IMG/VR virus record: IMGVR_UViG_3300049595_001870
Span: 1 to 64,000 of that record
Length of the DNA: 64,000 bases
Reading direction: 5' to 3' (one strand)
Source of the DNA: a virus
A program made the translations under genes and the position numbers. Shown here piece by piece: positions 1 through 7,804 of this stretch (positions are counted from its first letter, which is position 1; the number at the start of each line of letters is the position of its first letter). The notes under the pieces were generated by a model. The model was not told the DNA's origin. It was given only the letters and a program-made list of their open reading frames with translations, and made no database searches.

Positions 1-13
1 TCGGGGCAGTGCC

Positions 14-778
14 TTGGATGCCCTGGAAGATCGGGCCTACCTGCGGGAGTTCGATCTGATCCACGCATCGCCGCCGTGCCAAGCACACACCCGGGCCAAG
101 CATCTGCGGGAAGCGCAGGGCGGGAAGAGCAAGTACGATGACCTGCTCACCCCAACCCTTGAGCTGCTGCGTGACTGCGGCGTGCCGTGGGTTGTGGAGA
201 ATGTGGTCGGCGCACCCGGGATGGAAGGTGCGGTGATCGAATGCGGCTCTGCCTACGGGCTCAAGGTCCGCAGGCATCGCCTGTTCCTGGCATCCTTCCC
301 GCTGGTCGGGTCGGGCTGCAAGCACAAGGAGCAAGGCAAACCCGTGGGCGTGTACCACACCATGGGGGACACATGCAAAGGCGTGTGCAAGAAGACGGGT
401 AAGTTGGTGATCGGTGGGTCCACTGCCAAGACGGTAGAGGAAGGCCGCGCCGCCATGGGGGTGACCCGCCTGATCTCTTGGAACGAACTAAAGGAAGGCT
501 TCCCGCCTGCGTACACTCGCCACGTTGGCGAGCAGGCGATGGCCTATCTGTTGCAGAGGGAGCCAGTCCGTGGGAGCAGTGTTCGACTTCAGAACGTACC
601 GGACTTTCGACAAGAGCGAGATCCTCACGCAGTGGATGTCCGATGTGGACACAAGCCTGCGGGAGAACGGGGATTCGTACAGCGGGTGCATCGGGATGCT
701 GACCGGAGCAATCCAATGGCATGCCCCGACGCTCGCCACGCAGGAAGAGGCGATTCAGTACGTCATGGAAAACCATGA
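14..778 (+). CDS. DNA cytosine-5 methyltransferase-like protein, 5' truncated by window edge
   Basis: Motif IV ASPPCQ and motif VI VVENV; C-terminal ELKEGFPPAY resembles motif X; last ~70 codons overlap the next gene. Confidence 0.7.
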   Translation: MDALEDRAYLREFDLIHASPPCQAHTRAKHLREAQGGKSKYDDLLTPTLELLRDCGVPWVVENVVGAPGMEGAVIECGSAYGLKVRRHRLFLASFPLVGSGCKHKEQGKPVGVYHTMGDTCKGVCKKTGKLVIGGSTAKTVEEGRAAMGVTRLISWNELKEGFPPAYTRHVGEQAMAYLLQREPVRGSSVRLQNVPDFRQERDPHAVDVRCGHKPAGERGFVQRVHRDADRSNPMACPDARHAGRGDSVRHGKP

Positions 779-848
779 CAAGTGGGAGCCGCCAGTCGCC
801 GTGCAGTTTGCCGAGGGCTTTGTCATCGGCGGATGGTGTTCGTCGTAA
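570..848 (+). CDS. hypothetical early protein
   Basis: GTG start with SD GAGGGAG upstream. Confidence 0.65.
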   Translation: MGAVFDFRTYRTFDKSEILTQWMSDVDTSLRENGDSYSGCIGMLTGAIQWHAPTLATQEEAIQYVMENHDKWEPPVAVQFAEGFVIGGWCSS

Positions 849-864
849 CCCAGGAGCAGTTCAT

Positions 865-1107
865 ATGCCATACCCAGACAGTGAGTACCCCAGCCTCCTG
901 CGGGGGAGAGACAAGAGAGAGAGCCAGAGGTTGCTGGCGGCGGCACCGGAGATGCTTGCGACGCTGAAGCGGATGCGTGAAGTGTTTGAGCAGTTGGCAG
1001 ACGGCGACTGGCGGATGCTGGACGCTACCTATGTGGATCAACTTATCGAAAGCGATGGACTGCACGGCTGCGATCAGGCCATCGCCAAAGCAGAAGGGAG
1101 GGAGTGA
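865..1107 (+). CDS. small early protein, AAAP(E/D)ML family; homologue of 59837-60076
   Basis: MPYPDSEYPS...RLLAAAPEML...AIAKAEG; SD AGGAG. Confidence 0.8.
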   Translation: MPYPDSEYPSLLRGRDKRESQRLLAAAPEMLATLKRMREVFEQLADGDWRMLDATYVDQLIESDGLHGCDQAIAKAEGRE

Positions 1108-1379
1108 TGAGTCATACGCCGGGGCCGTGGGGCATTCAGCCCGATGAGCGTGGCGGGCCGAGCGATACGGTCTATGCCTACGAAGATCAGCAGCAGCCTG
1201 TCGCTGAGATCGTATCCGGCGTTGTGGCCGACAGGTTCTTGGTGTCCGCAGCGCCGGATCTCCTGGCCGCCTTGATCCGGATGGACGAGGAGTTTGGCAC
1301 ACAGAACTACACCAAGTCTGCGGACGATGCGGTTATGATGGCCCAGGCTGCGATCAAGAAGGCATTTGGAGGTGAGTGA
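1107..1379 (+). CDS. small early protein, HTPGPW...AAPDLL family; homologue of 60076-60372
   Basis: MSHTPGPW...SAAPDLLAAL; coupled start after SD. Confidence 0.8.
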   Translation: MSHTPGPWGIQPDERGGPSDTVYAYEDQQQPVAEIVSGVVADRFLVSAAPDLLAALIRMDEEFGTQNYTKSADDAVMMAQAAIKKAFGGE

Positions 1380-1741
1380 TGCCACGCAAGAAACGTCTCG
1401 CGCTGCGACAGATAGTAGATGATGACACCCCGTGGGTGGAGTACCCACTGGATATCGCCCTGCAATGCGGCGTCCTCAAGAAGAACCCACGCAAAGGCGA
1501 GTTCATCTACGTGCCGGGCGAGGACAACCACACCATCTTGGAGGCCAGCCTGGAGAAGCTGGGATTCACACCCCGCTACACCCAGTATTGGGTGCCCAAG
1601 CTCAGTCGCTGGCTGAAGAGCGACCAGTGGCCCAATGCCTTGGAGTGGGCGGGTGGCTTGTGGCCGGAGGGATCGGCGTGGCGACGTTACCAGACAGAAC
1701 CCATGGAGGGAACCAATGGCAAGGAGCGATCATTGGACTGA
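1379..1741 (+). CDS. hypothetical early protein
   Basis: ORF after GGAGGTGAGTGATG junction. Confidence 0.65.
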   Translation: MPRKKRLALRQIVDDDTPWVEYPLDIALQCGVLKKNPRKGEFIYVPGEDNHTILEASLEKLGFTPRYTQYWVPKLSRWLKSDQWPNALEWAGGLWPEGSAWRRYQTEPMEGTNGKERSLD

Positions 1742-1853
1742 CGAGTTGGTAGACAAGGCCGTTCGCCTGCTTGTGCTGGCGGAGGCTGAACTGAAGCATG
1801 TGGCGCCGGACCTTTACCAGGAGATCCGGCGTTTTCTTTTGGAGGACGCATGA
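1716..1853 (+). CDS. 45-aa early protein; homologue of 60686-60823
   Basis: MARSDHWTD...PDLYQEIRRFLLEDA; SD GGAGG; same length as its homologue. Confidence 0.8.
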   Translation: MARSDHWTDELVDKAVRLLVLAEAELKHVAPDLYQEIRRFLLEDA

Positions 1854-2032
1854 TCACAGTGACGCTGACCCTCACGGAGCTTGCCTATCTGCGGGCTGCC
1901 GTGGAGCGGGACATGGAGGATGCCCGAGACATCGTCATGTTCGGGGAAGATGAGTACGCCCAGGCTGCGTATGCCTCGGCGGTGGATATACTGCGGAAGT
2001 TGCCGACTGAGGCAGAAGCAATACCGTTTTGA
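1850..2032 (+). CDS. small early protein; homologue of 60479-60676
   Basis: MITVTLTLTELAYLRAAVERD; ATGA overlap. Confidence 0.75.
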   Translation: MITVTLTLTELAYLRAAVERDMEDARDIVMFGEDEYAQAAYASAVDILRKLPTEAEAIPF

Positions 2033-2042
2033 GGAGGGAGTG

Positions 2043-2264
2043 ATGAGCGTTGAATCTGTGCGTGCCAACATCATGGATGCCGTCAATCGCATCAAGCTGG
2101 AAGGTTGCCTGCCCACCATGCGCAGTGCCCTTCTGGTGTGGCAGCAGTATCTAACCGAGACGCAGCCCAGCGGACTATCCGCGGCTGACAAGAAGGGCTA
2201 TGCCGACGAGCATAAGCGTGTGCAGTGGCTGTTGACCGAGGTGTTTCCAGAGGGAGGTGAGTGA
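2043..2264 (+). CDS. hypothetical early protein
   Basis: SD GGAGGGAG, ends in junction motif. Confidence 0.65.
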   Translation: MSVESVRANIMDAVNRIKLEGCLPTMRSALLVWQQYLTETQPSGLSAADKKGYADEHKRVQWLLTEVFPEGGE

Positions 2265-2482
2265 TGACCTTAAAGATCGGTGACTACCACATGCCTGACC
2301 CAGATGCGGTCGGGCAGTCCGAGTACCGTGCGTTGTACGATTTGCTGGAGTCCGTGGCAGACGGCGGAAGCGCAAGCACAAGCACTGTCGCTGATCATGG
2401 CGAGGCCGTTGCTGTGCTGGAAGAAGTGAAGAGTTGGTGTGATTCCTTGATCGACAAACTACTGCACGTTCACGGGAGGTGA
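2264..2482 (+). CDS. hypothetical early protein
   Basis: Flanked by junction motifs. Confidence 0.7.
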   Translation: MTLKIGDYHMPDPDAVGQSEYRALYDLLESVADGGSASTSTVADHGEAVAVLEEVKSWCDSLIDKLLHVHGR

Positions 2483-2485
2483 GTG

Positions 2486-2887
2486 ATGGCTAAGAAGAAG
2501 ACTGCGGCCAAGAAGACTGACGCTGCTGAGTACAGGTTCTTAGATGAGGTTCGCAAGAAAGTGCCACACCTGCTAGAGCAGGCGGCTTCCTTACTGCCGT
2601 TCGATGATGTGATCACGGAGCATTGGTGCGATGCAGACGAGGACTGCATCGGCATCGGGTTCGACCTGGACGGGCGGGTGTGCCCATCCGGCGTGTACTC
2701 TTTGTATGGCGCCCGCATCCATGCCGACCGGGTCATCATGTTTACCGACATGTACACACCCGAGAACGAGTGTGTCCGCGAGCAGTATGAGAGCGACATG
2801 CCCCGGCTGTGGGCGTTCCTTCGGCAGATCCCCAGGCCGATGCATTCTTTTGGCGTGTGGACTGCGTCCCTTAATGGAGGTGAGTGA
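2486..2887 (+). CDS. hypothetical early protein, MAKKK N-terminus
   Basis: Flanked by junction motifs. Confidence 0.7.
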   Translation: MAKKKTAAKKTDAAEYRFLDEVRKKVPHLLEQAASLLPFDDVITEHWCDADEDCIGIGFDLDGRVCPSGVYSLYGARIHADRVIMFTDMYTPENECVREQYESDMPRLWAFLRQIPRPMHSFGVWTASLNGGE

Positions 2888-3225
2888 TGGCTAAGAAGAA
2901 GCGACCCGAGGTTTGGGCCCCGCAGTTTGGCTGCTGGTCGGAGACTAGCAGTGTCGATCCGCACCCGGCCTGCGAGCTTTTGGGGCTGTTCCTGTCCGAC
3001 GCCAGTGCCATGCAGACGGTACGCATGTGTCATGCCCTGTACTACTCTGGCGATCAGGCGATTGACCCCAGCGAGGAGCGGCATGACAGCATCCGCTGGT
3101 TTGTGCGTGGCGCGGATGGTGAGAGGCAGGAGGTTTCACCGCCGTTCGCATGGGCGGAGGCACGCTGGGTTGTCCCCCTGGCTGGAGCTTGGGACAAGGC
3201 ACATGGATTAACAAAAGGGAGGTGA
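2887..3225 (+). CDS. hypothetical early protein, MAKKK N-terminus
   Basis: Flanked by junction motifs. Confidence 0.7.
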   Translation: MAKKKRPEVWAPQFGCWSETSSVDPHPACELLGLFLSDASAMQTVRMCHALYYSGDQAIDPSEERHDSIRWFVRGADGERQEVSPPFAWAEARWVVPLAGAWDKAHGLTKGR

Positions 3226-3228
3226 GCG

Positions 3229-3489
3229 ATGGACGGTTGGGTTAGCTTCTTCGACCGGCTGCCCGTGGCTGGTCAGACAATCTACTACTACGGGCCTGAC
3301 ATCGGCGTATGGCGTGGCACGTATGCATACGCCCCTGACGATCCGGTGTCTCACCACCTGATCCACTGCGGGGAATCGCCCGGCGTGGTAGATCGCATGG
3401 ATGCTCCGTGGTGGCAGCCGTTCGCCGGGCAGGACAAGCCAGCCGCGCCGACTGCGCCGTACCCTAGCGATTACCCTGGAGGTGAGTGA
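3229..3489 (+). CDS. hypothetical early protein
   Basis: Flanked by junction motifs. Confidence 0.7.
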   Translation: MDGWVSFFDRLPVAGQTIYYYGPDIGVWRGTYAYAPDDPVSHHLIHCGESPGVVDRMDAPWWQPFAGQDKPAAPTAPYPSDYPGGE

Positions 3490-3767
3490 TGAAAGCCGCC
3501 AAGATTTACCGCCGGTCCATCGCAGATTGCGGTGCGTCCCACCGATGCGCCGAGCTGACCTTACACTTCGGCGCCCCCTACGCACTGCATGATGTTTGGG
3601 GCACCCGATACGGCTGGGAGCATCGGCGTCTAGGCCCGTCCGATCTGCCGCTTGGATGCCTGAACCAACCCTGGATAGGCCCGGCCGTAGTCTGGTATCC
3701 GGCGGGCAACTGGATGCTACCGCCCGATGACACCCGAAGCCTGGAGAAGCAAGATGAAGAAGTCTGA
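3489..3767 (+). CDS. hypothetical early protein
   Basis: Starts in junction motif. Confidence 0.55.
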   Translation: MKAAKIYRRSIADCGASHRCAELTLHFGAPYALHDVWGTRYGWEHRRLGPSDLPLGCLNQPWIGPAVVWYPAGNWMLPPDDTRSLEKQDEEV

Positions 3768-4041
3768 ATTTGCCGTTGAGCTTCACGCCTGGGAGAAGAA
3801 GTATTTCGACCTTGTCTGGTATGCCCGCACCACGCCGGACAATCCGGTCAGCGCGGCGGGGCGCAAGCGGGTAGAGGCGGCATGGTCTGCCGACCTAGAA
3901 GAGCTGCGGTCTGATGACAGCAACTGGCAGCACGGCTTCAACAGCGGATGCCTTGCCGCATTCCGTTTGGTGCAGGGCCTGCTTGGCCGTGAGGCGGATG
4001 CAGAGTTTGCGAGGGAGCAGTTTCCTTTCTTGGATACGTGA
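3754..4041 (+). CDS. hypothetical early protein
   Basis: ORF with SD GGAG; NWQHGFNSGCLAAFR. Confidence 0.65.
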   Translation: MKKSEFAVELHAWEKKYFDLVWYARTTPDNPVSAAGRKRVEAAWSADLEELRSDDSNWQHGFNSGCLAAFRLVQGLLGREADAEFAREQFPFLDT

Positions 4042-4052
4042 GGAGGTGAGTG

Positions 4053-4286
4053 ATGGATGGCTGGATAACTTACGGCCCGAGGTGTGTGCGCCCATTTGAG
4101 TCGGCCGCTTTGTACTCCGAAGCTCGGCAACGTGTGCTGGCTTCCCCCAGGCTGGCGAAGTACATGGACATCCTTCTAGCGGAGGGATGGGCCGACGAGG
4201 ATCACCTGCGTTGGGTGATCCGCGGGAAGGTGAGTGAGATTGTGGCGTGGGCCGATCAGATCAGGAGGGATAGCGTTGATGGATGA
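4053..4286 (+). CDS. hypothetical early protein
   Basis: Starts in junction motif. Confidence 0.7.
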   Translation: MDGWITYGPRCVRPFESAALYSEARQRVLASPRLAKYMDILLAEGWADEDHLRWVIRGKVSEIVAWADQIRRDSVDG

Positions 4287-4641
4287 CCTTGATGTTGTGC
4301 AATGGTTCTTTGACCTGGACCGTGTCGGTTCTTGTTTCAACTGGCCGGTCAGTGTGCCGTCGCTGGTGACTGGCAAGCGTGCGATTGATGCTGCGATCAC
4401 CTCCAAGGCTTCGGCCGACGATGTGCTGGCTGCGTATCTCAAGCTCGCCAGTGCGGTTGGCCCCACGGTGATGACCTCGCTGCTGCAAAGCGACGATGCC
4501 TTCCCCGAGGTCAATCATTCCGGCAAGCCCACACCGCCAGCCGATGGCAAGGTGACGTTGTATGTCGATCCCCATGGCAAGCGGGTGGTGGCCGAGGTTG
4601 TGTTGACCTACGGTGTTCCATCCAAGTTCAGCGTTGCATAA
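4279..4641 (+). CDS. hypothetical early protein
   Basis: SD AGGAGG upstream. Confidence 0.65.
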   Translation: MDDLDVVQWFFDLDRVGSCFNWPVSVPSLVTGKRAIDAAITSKASADDVLAAYLKLASAVGPTVMTSLLQSDDAFPEVNHSGKPTPPADGKVTLYVDPHGKRVVAEVVLTYGVPSKFSVA

Positions 4642-4652
4642 GGAGATTCCCT

Positions 4653-4727
4653 ATGGGCACGGATGCCCCAGTGATTCTGGAGTTGGTGATCGTTGTGTTG
4701 CGTATCCTTGTGGAGATCATTCGATGA
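4653..4727 (+). CDS. 24-aa hydrophobic micropeptide MGTDAPVILELVIVVLRILVEIIR
   Basis: Hand-translated; SD TAAGGAG; below ORF-track size cutoff. Confidence 0.55.
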   Translation: MGTDAPVILELVIVVLRILVEIIR

Positions 4728-4798
4728 GCGAAGTTGCGGACTTCATGGTGGCAGTGGTGATCATTGGTGGCATGTTGTTCTGGTCCTCCTACAGGTGA
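4724..4798 (+). CDS. 24-aa hydrophobic micropeptide MSEVADFMVAVVIIGGMLFWSSYR
   Basis: ATGA overlap; positional and sequence homologue at 62914-62985. Confidence 0.7.
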   Translation: MSEVADFMVAVVIIGGMLFWSSYR

Positions 4799-4802
4799 AC
4801 CA

Positions 4803-5573
4803 ATGCTGTACGGTTACTGCCGGGTAAGCACGGACATGCAGGAAGCCTCATCCGAGGCACAGCAGGCGGCGCTGGAGGAGTACGCCAAGCGTACGAATCA
4901 GACGCTGGCCGAGATGTTTTCCGATGAGGATGTCAGCGGGTCCGTGCCCCTGCGTGACCGGCCGTCAGGCAAGCGGATGTGGGATCGGCTGCAACGGGGC
5001 GACACGGTGGTGGTCACCACCAGGGACCGCGGCTTCCGCTCCCTGGTCGATGCGGCCACCACGCTGATGCTCTGGCGGGAGCAGGGGATCAGGCTGCACA
5101 TCATTGACTTCCCCGTGGATCTCACCACGGACGAGGGGGAACTGGTGTTCCTCCAGGGTGCGGTGTTCTCCCAGTACGAACGGAAGATGATCGGGAGGCG
5201 GATCAAGCGCGGCATCGACCACCGAAAGAAGACGGGCCAGCCCTATGGCGGGACCAGACCGTGGGGCTGGATACGCACGGATCAGAAGTGGGTGCCGCTA
5301 CCCAAGGAGCGGGCTTCCGGCAACCGCATGCTCGTCATGCGCCGGGCTGGGTGTTCTTGGAACACTATCGCCGTCGCTTGTATGGATTGCCGGAAGCCCG
5401 AGGTGAGGAAGAACGGTTCCGGGTACTACCACGTTGCCGATGTTCGCACTCTTGTACGGGCGGCCGAAGCCGGATATCCAAAGATTGCGCCAGTTTTCTG
5501 GCGAGATCCCGGCTGCGGACAGAAGCTAGACGAACTGAAATCTGTTGCTCCTCTGCTATTTTCCGCAGAGTGA
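4803..5573 (+). CDS. serine recombinase (resolvase/invertase family), copy A
   Basis: YGYCRVST catalytic Ser motif, DEDVSG, GDTVVV..RDRGFR, F.QYER.MI. Confidence 0.9.
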   Translation: MLYGYCRVSTDMQEASSEAQQAALEEYAKRTNQTLAEMFSDEDVSGSVPLRDRPSGKRMWDRLQRGDTVVVTTRDRGFRSLVDAATTLMLWREQGIRLHIIDFPVDLTTDEGELVFLQGAVFSQYERKMIGRRIKRGIDHRKKTGQPYGGTRPWGWIRTDQKWVPLPKERASGNRMLVMRRAGCSWNTIAVACMDCRKPEVRKNGSGYYHVADVRTLVRAAEAGYPKIAPVFWRDPGCGQKLDELKSVAPLLFSAE

Positions 5574-5982
5574 GCGAGTCTTCAAACCGACTCTGCGCCA
5601 ACTCCCTGTCCTCCTCGGGCAGGTCTTCGATGGCCAGCCGCAGGTAGTCGGGATGCTCCGTGATCGGCAGCAGTTGCTCGGCCTCCATGAGCGAGAGCTT
5701 CCACTCGCACGGCTGCCGGGTAGCCCGCTTGATCCACTTGTACATGGCGTTCATTATCGCCCGTGCGAAGTAGGCTTTCGGATACGGGAGCCGGGACTGA
5801 TCGTATGTACGGGCGGCCTTGGTCAGGGCGAGGAATCCCTCGGACTGAAGGTCTGGGAACAGCACGCCACGCTGCCAGCTCGGGCGGGTCTGAACAAAAA
5901 ACTTGGCCAGCATTGAGGCCAATGGCATGTACTCAACGACGTAGTTTTGTCGTTTCTTGGAGAGCTTGGATCTTACTTGCAT
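5365..5982 (-). CDS. phage sigma-70 family RNA polymerase sigma factor (FliA/SigF-like size), copy A
   Basis: Region-2-like DLQSEGFLALTKAARTYD...YFARAIMNAM; region-4 HTH LTLRKIAEEQQISVRLASV. Confidence 0.8.
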   Translation of the reverse strand: MQVRSKLSKKRQNYVVEYMPLASMLAKFFVQTRPSWQRGVLFPDLQSEGFLALTKAARTYDQSRLPYPKAYFARAIMNAMYKWIKRATRQPCEWKLSLMEAEQLLPITEHPDYLRLAIEDLPEEDRELAQSRFEDSLTLRKIAEEQQISVRLASVRSRDLARKLAQSLDIRLRPPVQECEHRQRGSTRNRSSSPRASGNPYKRRR

Positions 5983-6157
5983 GTTCGTCTAGTCGATGTT
6001 CATGCTCGCGCAGAATGTCGCGCAGCTCATCGACAACTTCGGGCAGGCCCTGCACGGCGCTCGCAATCACAGCCACCTTGGCGTGGATGCTGAACGCCCA
6101 CGGGATGACCGCGCAAGCGCAGGTCAATATCACCATCCAGAACTCAAGCTCCATCAT
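5933..6157 (-). CDS. small membrane protein with coiled-coil tail (holin-like candidate)
   Basis: N-terminal hydrophobic helix FWMVILTCACAVIPWAF plus charged heptad tail. Confidence 0.55.
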   Translation of the reverse strand: MMELEFWMVILTCACAVIPWAFSIHAKVAVIASAVQGLPEVVDELRDILREHEHRLDEHASKIQALQETTKLRR

Positions 6158-6383
6158 CCGCCCTCCGGATCATGCTCACTAGCATCAGCCCTGCGTACGG
6201 ATGCAGGGATCCCTCTTCCACATGCAATTTCACCATGCGTCGGGCTCGGTCGGCTTCGTCGGGCGGGTACTGATAGACGTAAGTGTGGCCGTCGTAGCAG
6301 GCGATAGCTCGGTTAATGCGTCGTACGCCGCGCTTTGAACGTGCCTCAAATCCTTGCGATTTAAAATCCATTTCGTTATCCAC
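6144..6383 (-). CDS. hypothetical protein
   Basis: ORF in operon, overlaps neighbours. Confidence 0.55.
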   Translation of the reverse strand: MDNEMDFKSQGFEARSKRGVRRINRAIACYDGHTYVYQYPPDEADRARRMVKLHVEEGSLHPYAGLMLVSMIRRADDGA

Positions 6384-6604
6384 GCGCTGATTACCGAGAT
6401 GAGGATGGGCAGCACCAACACCAGGAACACCGAGCCGACTTCGGGGTGGCCCTGGACGAACGCCTGCCGCATCGCCTGCCGCCGCTTCCGACCCGCCAGT
6501 GGGGCGAAGACCAGCCCGAGCAGGGCGATCTCCTCTGAATGCTGGCTCATGCCACGGGCACCAGTGTCCCGCAGGCAGTCGAAGACTATTTGGTCGGTGG
6601 GCAT
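6230..6604 (-). CDS. membrane protein
   Basis: TM segment VFLVLVLPILISVISAWITKWIL; start uncertain (6604 or 6550). Confidence 0.6.
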   Translation of the reverse strand: MPTDQIVFDCLRDTGARGMSQHSEEIALLGLVFAPLAGRKRRQAMRQAFVQGHPEVGSVFLVLVLPILISVISAWITKWILNRKDLRHVQSAAYDALTELSPATTATLTSISTRPTKPTEPDAW

Positions 6605-6861
6605 TTCCCGTCTGGGCAGTTCTGATAGATGACCACGGGCGGGTGCTTCACGGCCTTGCACTCGCAGTCCGGCGGGCAGGGGCAGGGGGTCTTGTGCCCG
6701 TCGCCGTGAACGATGAACCCACCCTTGCATTCGCCGCAGCATTTCTTGGCGGGGGTGTCGGTCTGCTGCGTGTGGATCACGTACGACGCATGGACTGCGA
6801 CCGGGCCCGTCATGTCCGGGGCTGCGAAGAGAGAGGCAATGAGGGCCAGCAGTTCAGCCAT
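6586..6861 (-). CDS. secreted Cys-rich small protein
   Basis: Signal-like N-terminus; CCGECKGG...CPCPPDCEC. Confidence 0.65.
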   Translation of the reverse strand: MAELLALIASLFAAPDMTGPVAVHASYVIHTQQTDTPAKKCCGECKGGFIVHGDGHKTPCPCPPDCECKAVKHPPVVIYQNCPDGKCPPTK

Positions 6862-7804
6862 GACGCAGGAGTCCTACGGTTCCGTAATCGGGCAGCTTCT
6901 GTGGAGGGAAACCATCGACTGATCCATATGCGTAGCAGTCACCGCCGCGCACGCACACCTCCCAGTCCTCTGCCTTCGTCACAATCATGCCGGGCAGATA
7001 CTTGGGGTAGTCGCTTGGCCATTCCTTTGGCGCTTGACACCACGGGCCCCAGCTATTTGCGATGAAGAACACATCGAAAGGCCAGAACTTACGGGTGAAG
7101 TCCATGCCGACCGTAGCCATCGCGTGACTCCATCCGCCACCAGTGCGCGGGTGAATGTGATCCTTGTTCGGAGTTGGCGACCACGCCGCAAACTGCCCAG
7201 ACGCCACGCAGTACCCGTTGAAGAGCGCGTCCACTACGTCTTGGATGCGCGTGAGCTGGCGGATGATGCCTACTTTGTTCTGCCGACACAGTGCCTTGAC
7301 ATCCTCGGGCACGCCCCGCCCACCCCAGTTTGTGCCGATGGTGGACTTGTACACCGAAAGATCGACGGGGTCATATTTCTTACGGATCAGGAAGCCCACC
7401 TCATTCTCAAACATGGCGGCGCGGGCAGGAGACATACCCTCGCCAGCATGCCCACGCGCACCGTAGGTAGGCTCAGTCGCCCCGCGCACAATGAAATCTT
7501 CGGGCCGTCGCTCCACGCAAATCTGGGTCGCACGGCTTGTGTCTCGCGCGTTCCGCGAACAGTGGCTCGTACAATCTCCAGTGGTCTGGCGCTCGGTAAA
7601 CGACAGCGGGTCTAACGCCTGCGTGTACTGCCATAGAAGTGCCCGCTGCCCCTGGCCGCTGCCAGCAATATTGGGCTCCGAATACACGGGCTGCTTCTGC
7701 GACTCCGAGAACAAGCCGCGATCTCGCGGGCTATCGATGTAGCCCGTGAGCCCATCCTCATAGGCCATGAGCAACTGCATCGGATTGTCAAAGTCGTCAG
7801 GCAC
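6854..7804 (-). CDS. papain-like cysteine peptidase (C1 family)
   Basis: Q-TTGDC (Gln/Cys), GGWSHAM (His), IANSWG (Asn): full catalytic set. Confidence 0.8.
   Translation of the reverse strand: MPDDFDNPMQLLMAYEDGLTGYIDSPRDRGLFSESQKQPVYSEPNIAGSGQGQRALLWQYTQALDPLSFTERQTTGDCTSHCSRNARDTSRATQICVERRPEDFIVRGATEPTYGARGHAGEGMSPARAAMFENEVGFLIRKKYDPVDLSVYKSTIGTNWGGRGVPEDVKALCRQNKVGIIRQLTRIQDVVDALFNGYCVASGQFAAWSPTPNKDHIHPRTGGGWSHAMATVGMDFTRKFWPFDVFFIANSWGPWCQAPKEWPSDYPKYLPGMIVTKAEDWEVCVRGGDCYAYGSVDGFPPQKLPDYGTVGLLRHG

Noticed and set aside
1368-4055. CRISPR array or integron attC array
   Set aside because: The repeat is 14 nt, non-palindromic and separated by whole ORFs; no cas genes, integron integrase or attC R/L boxes.
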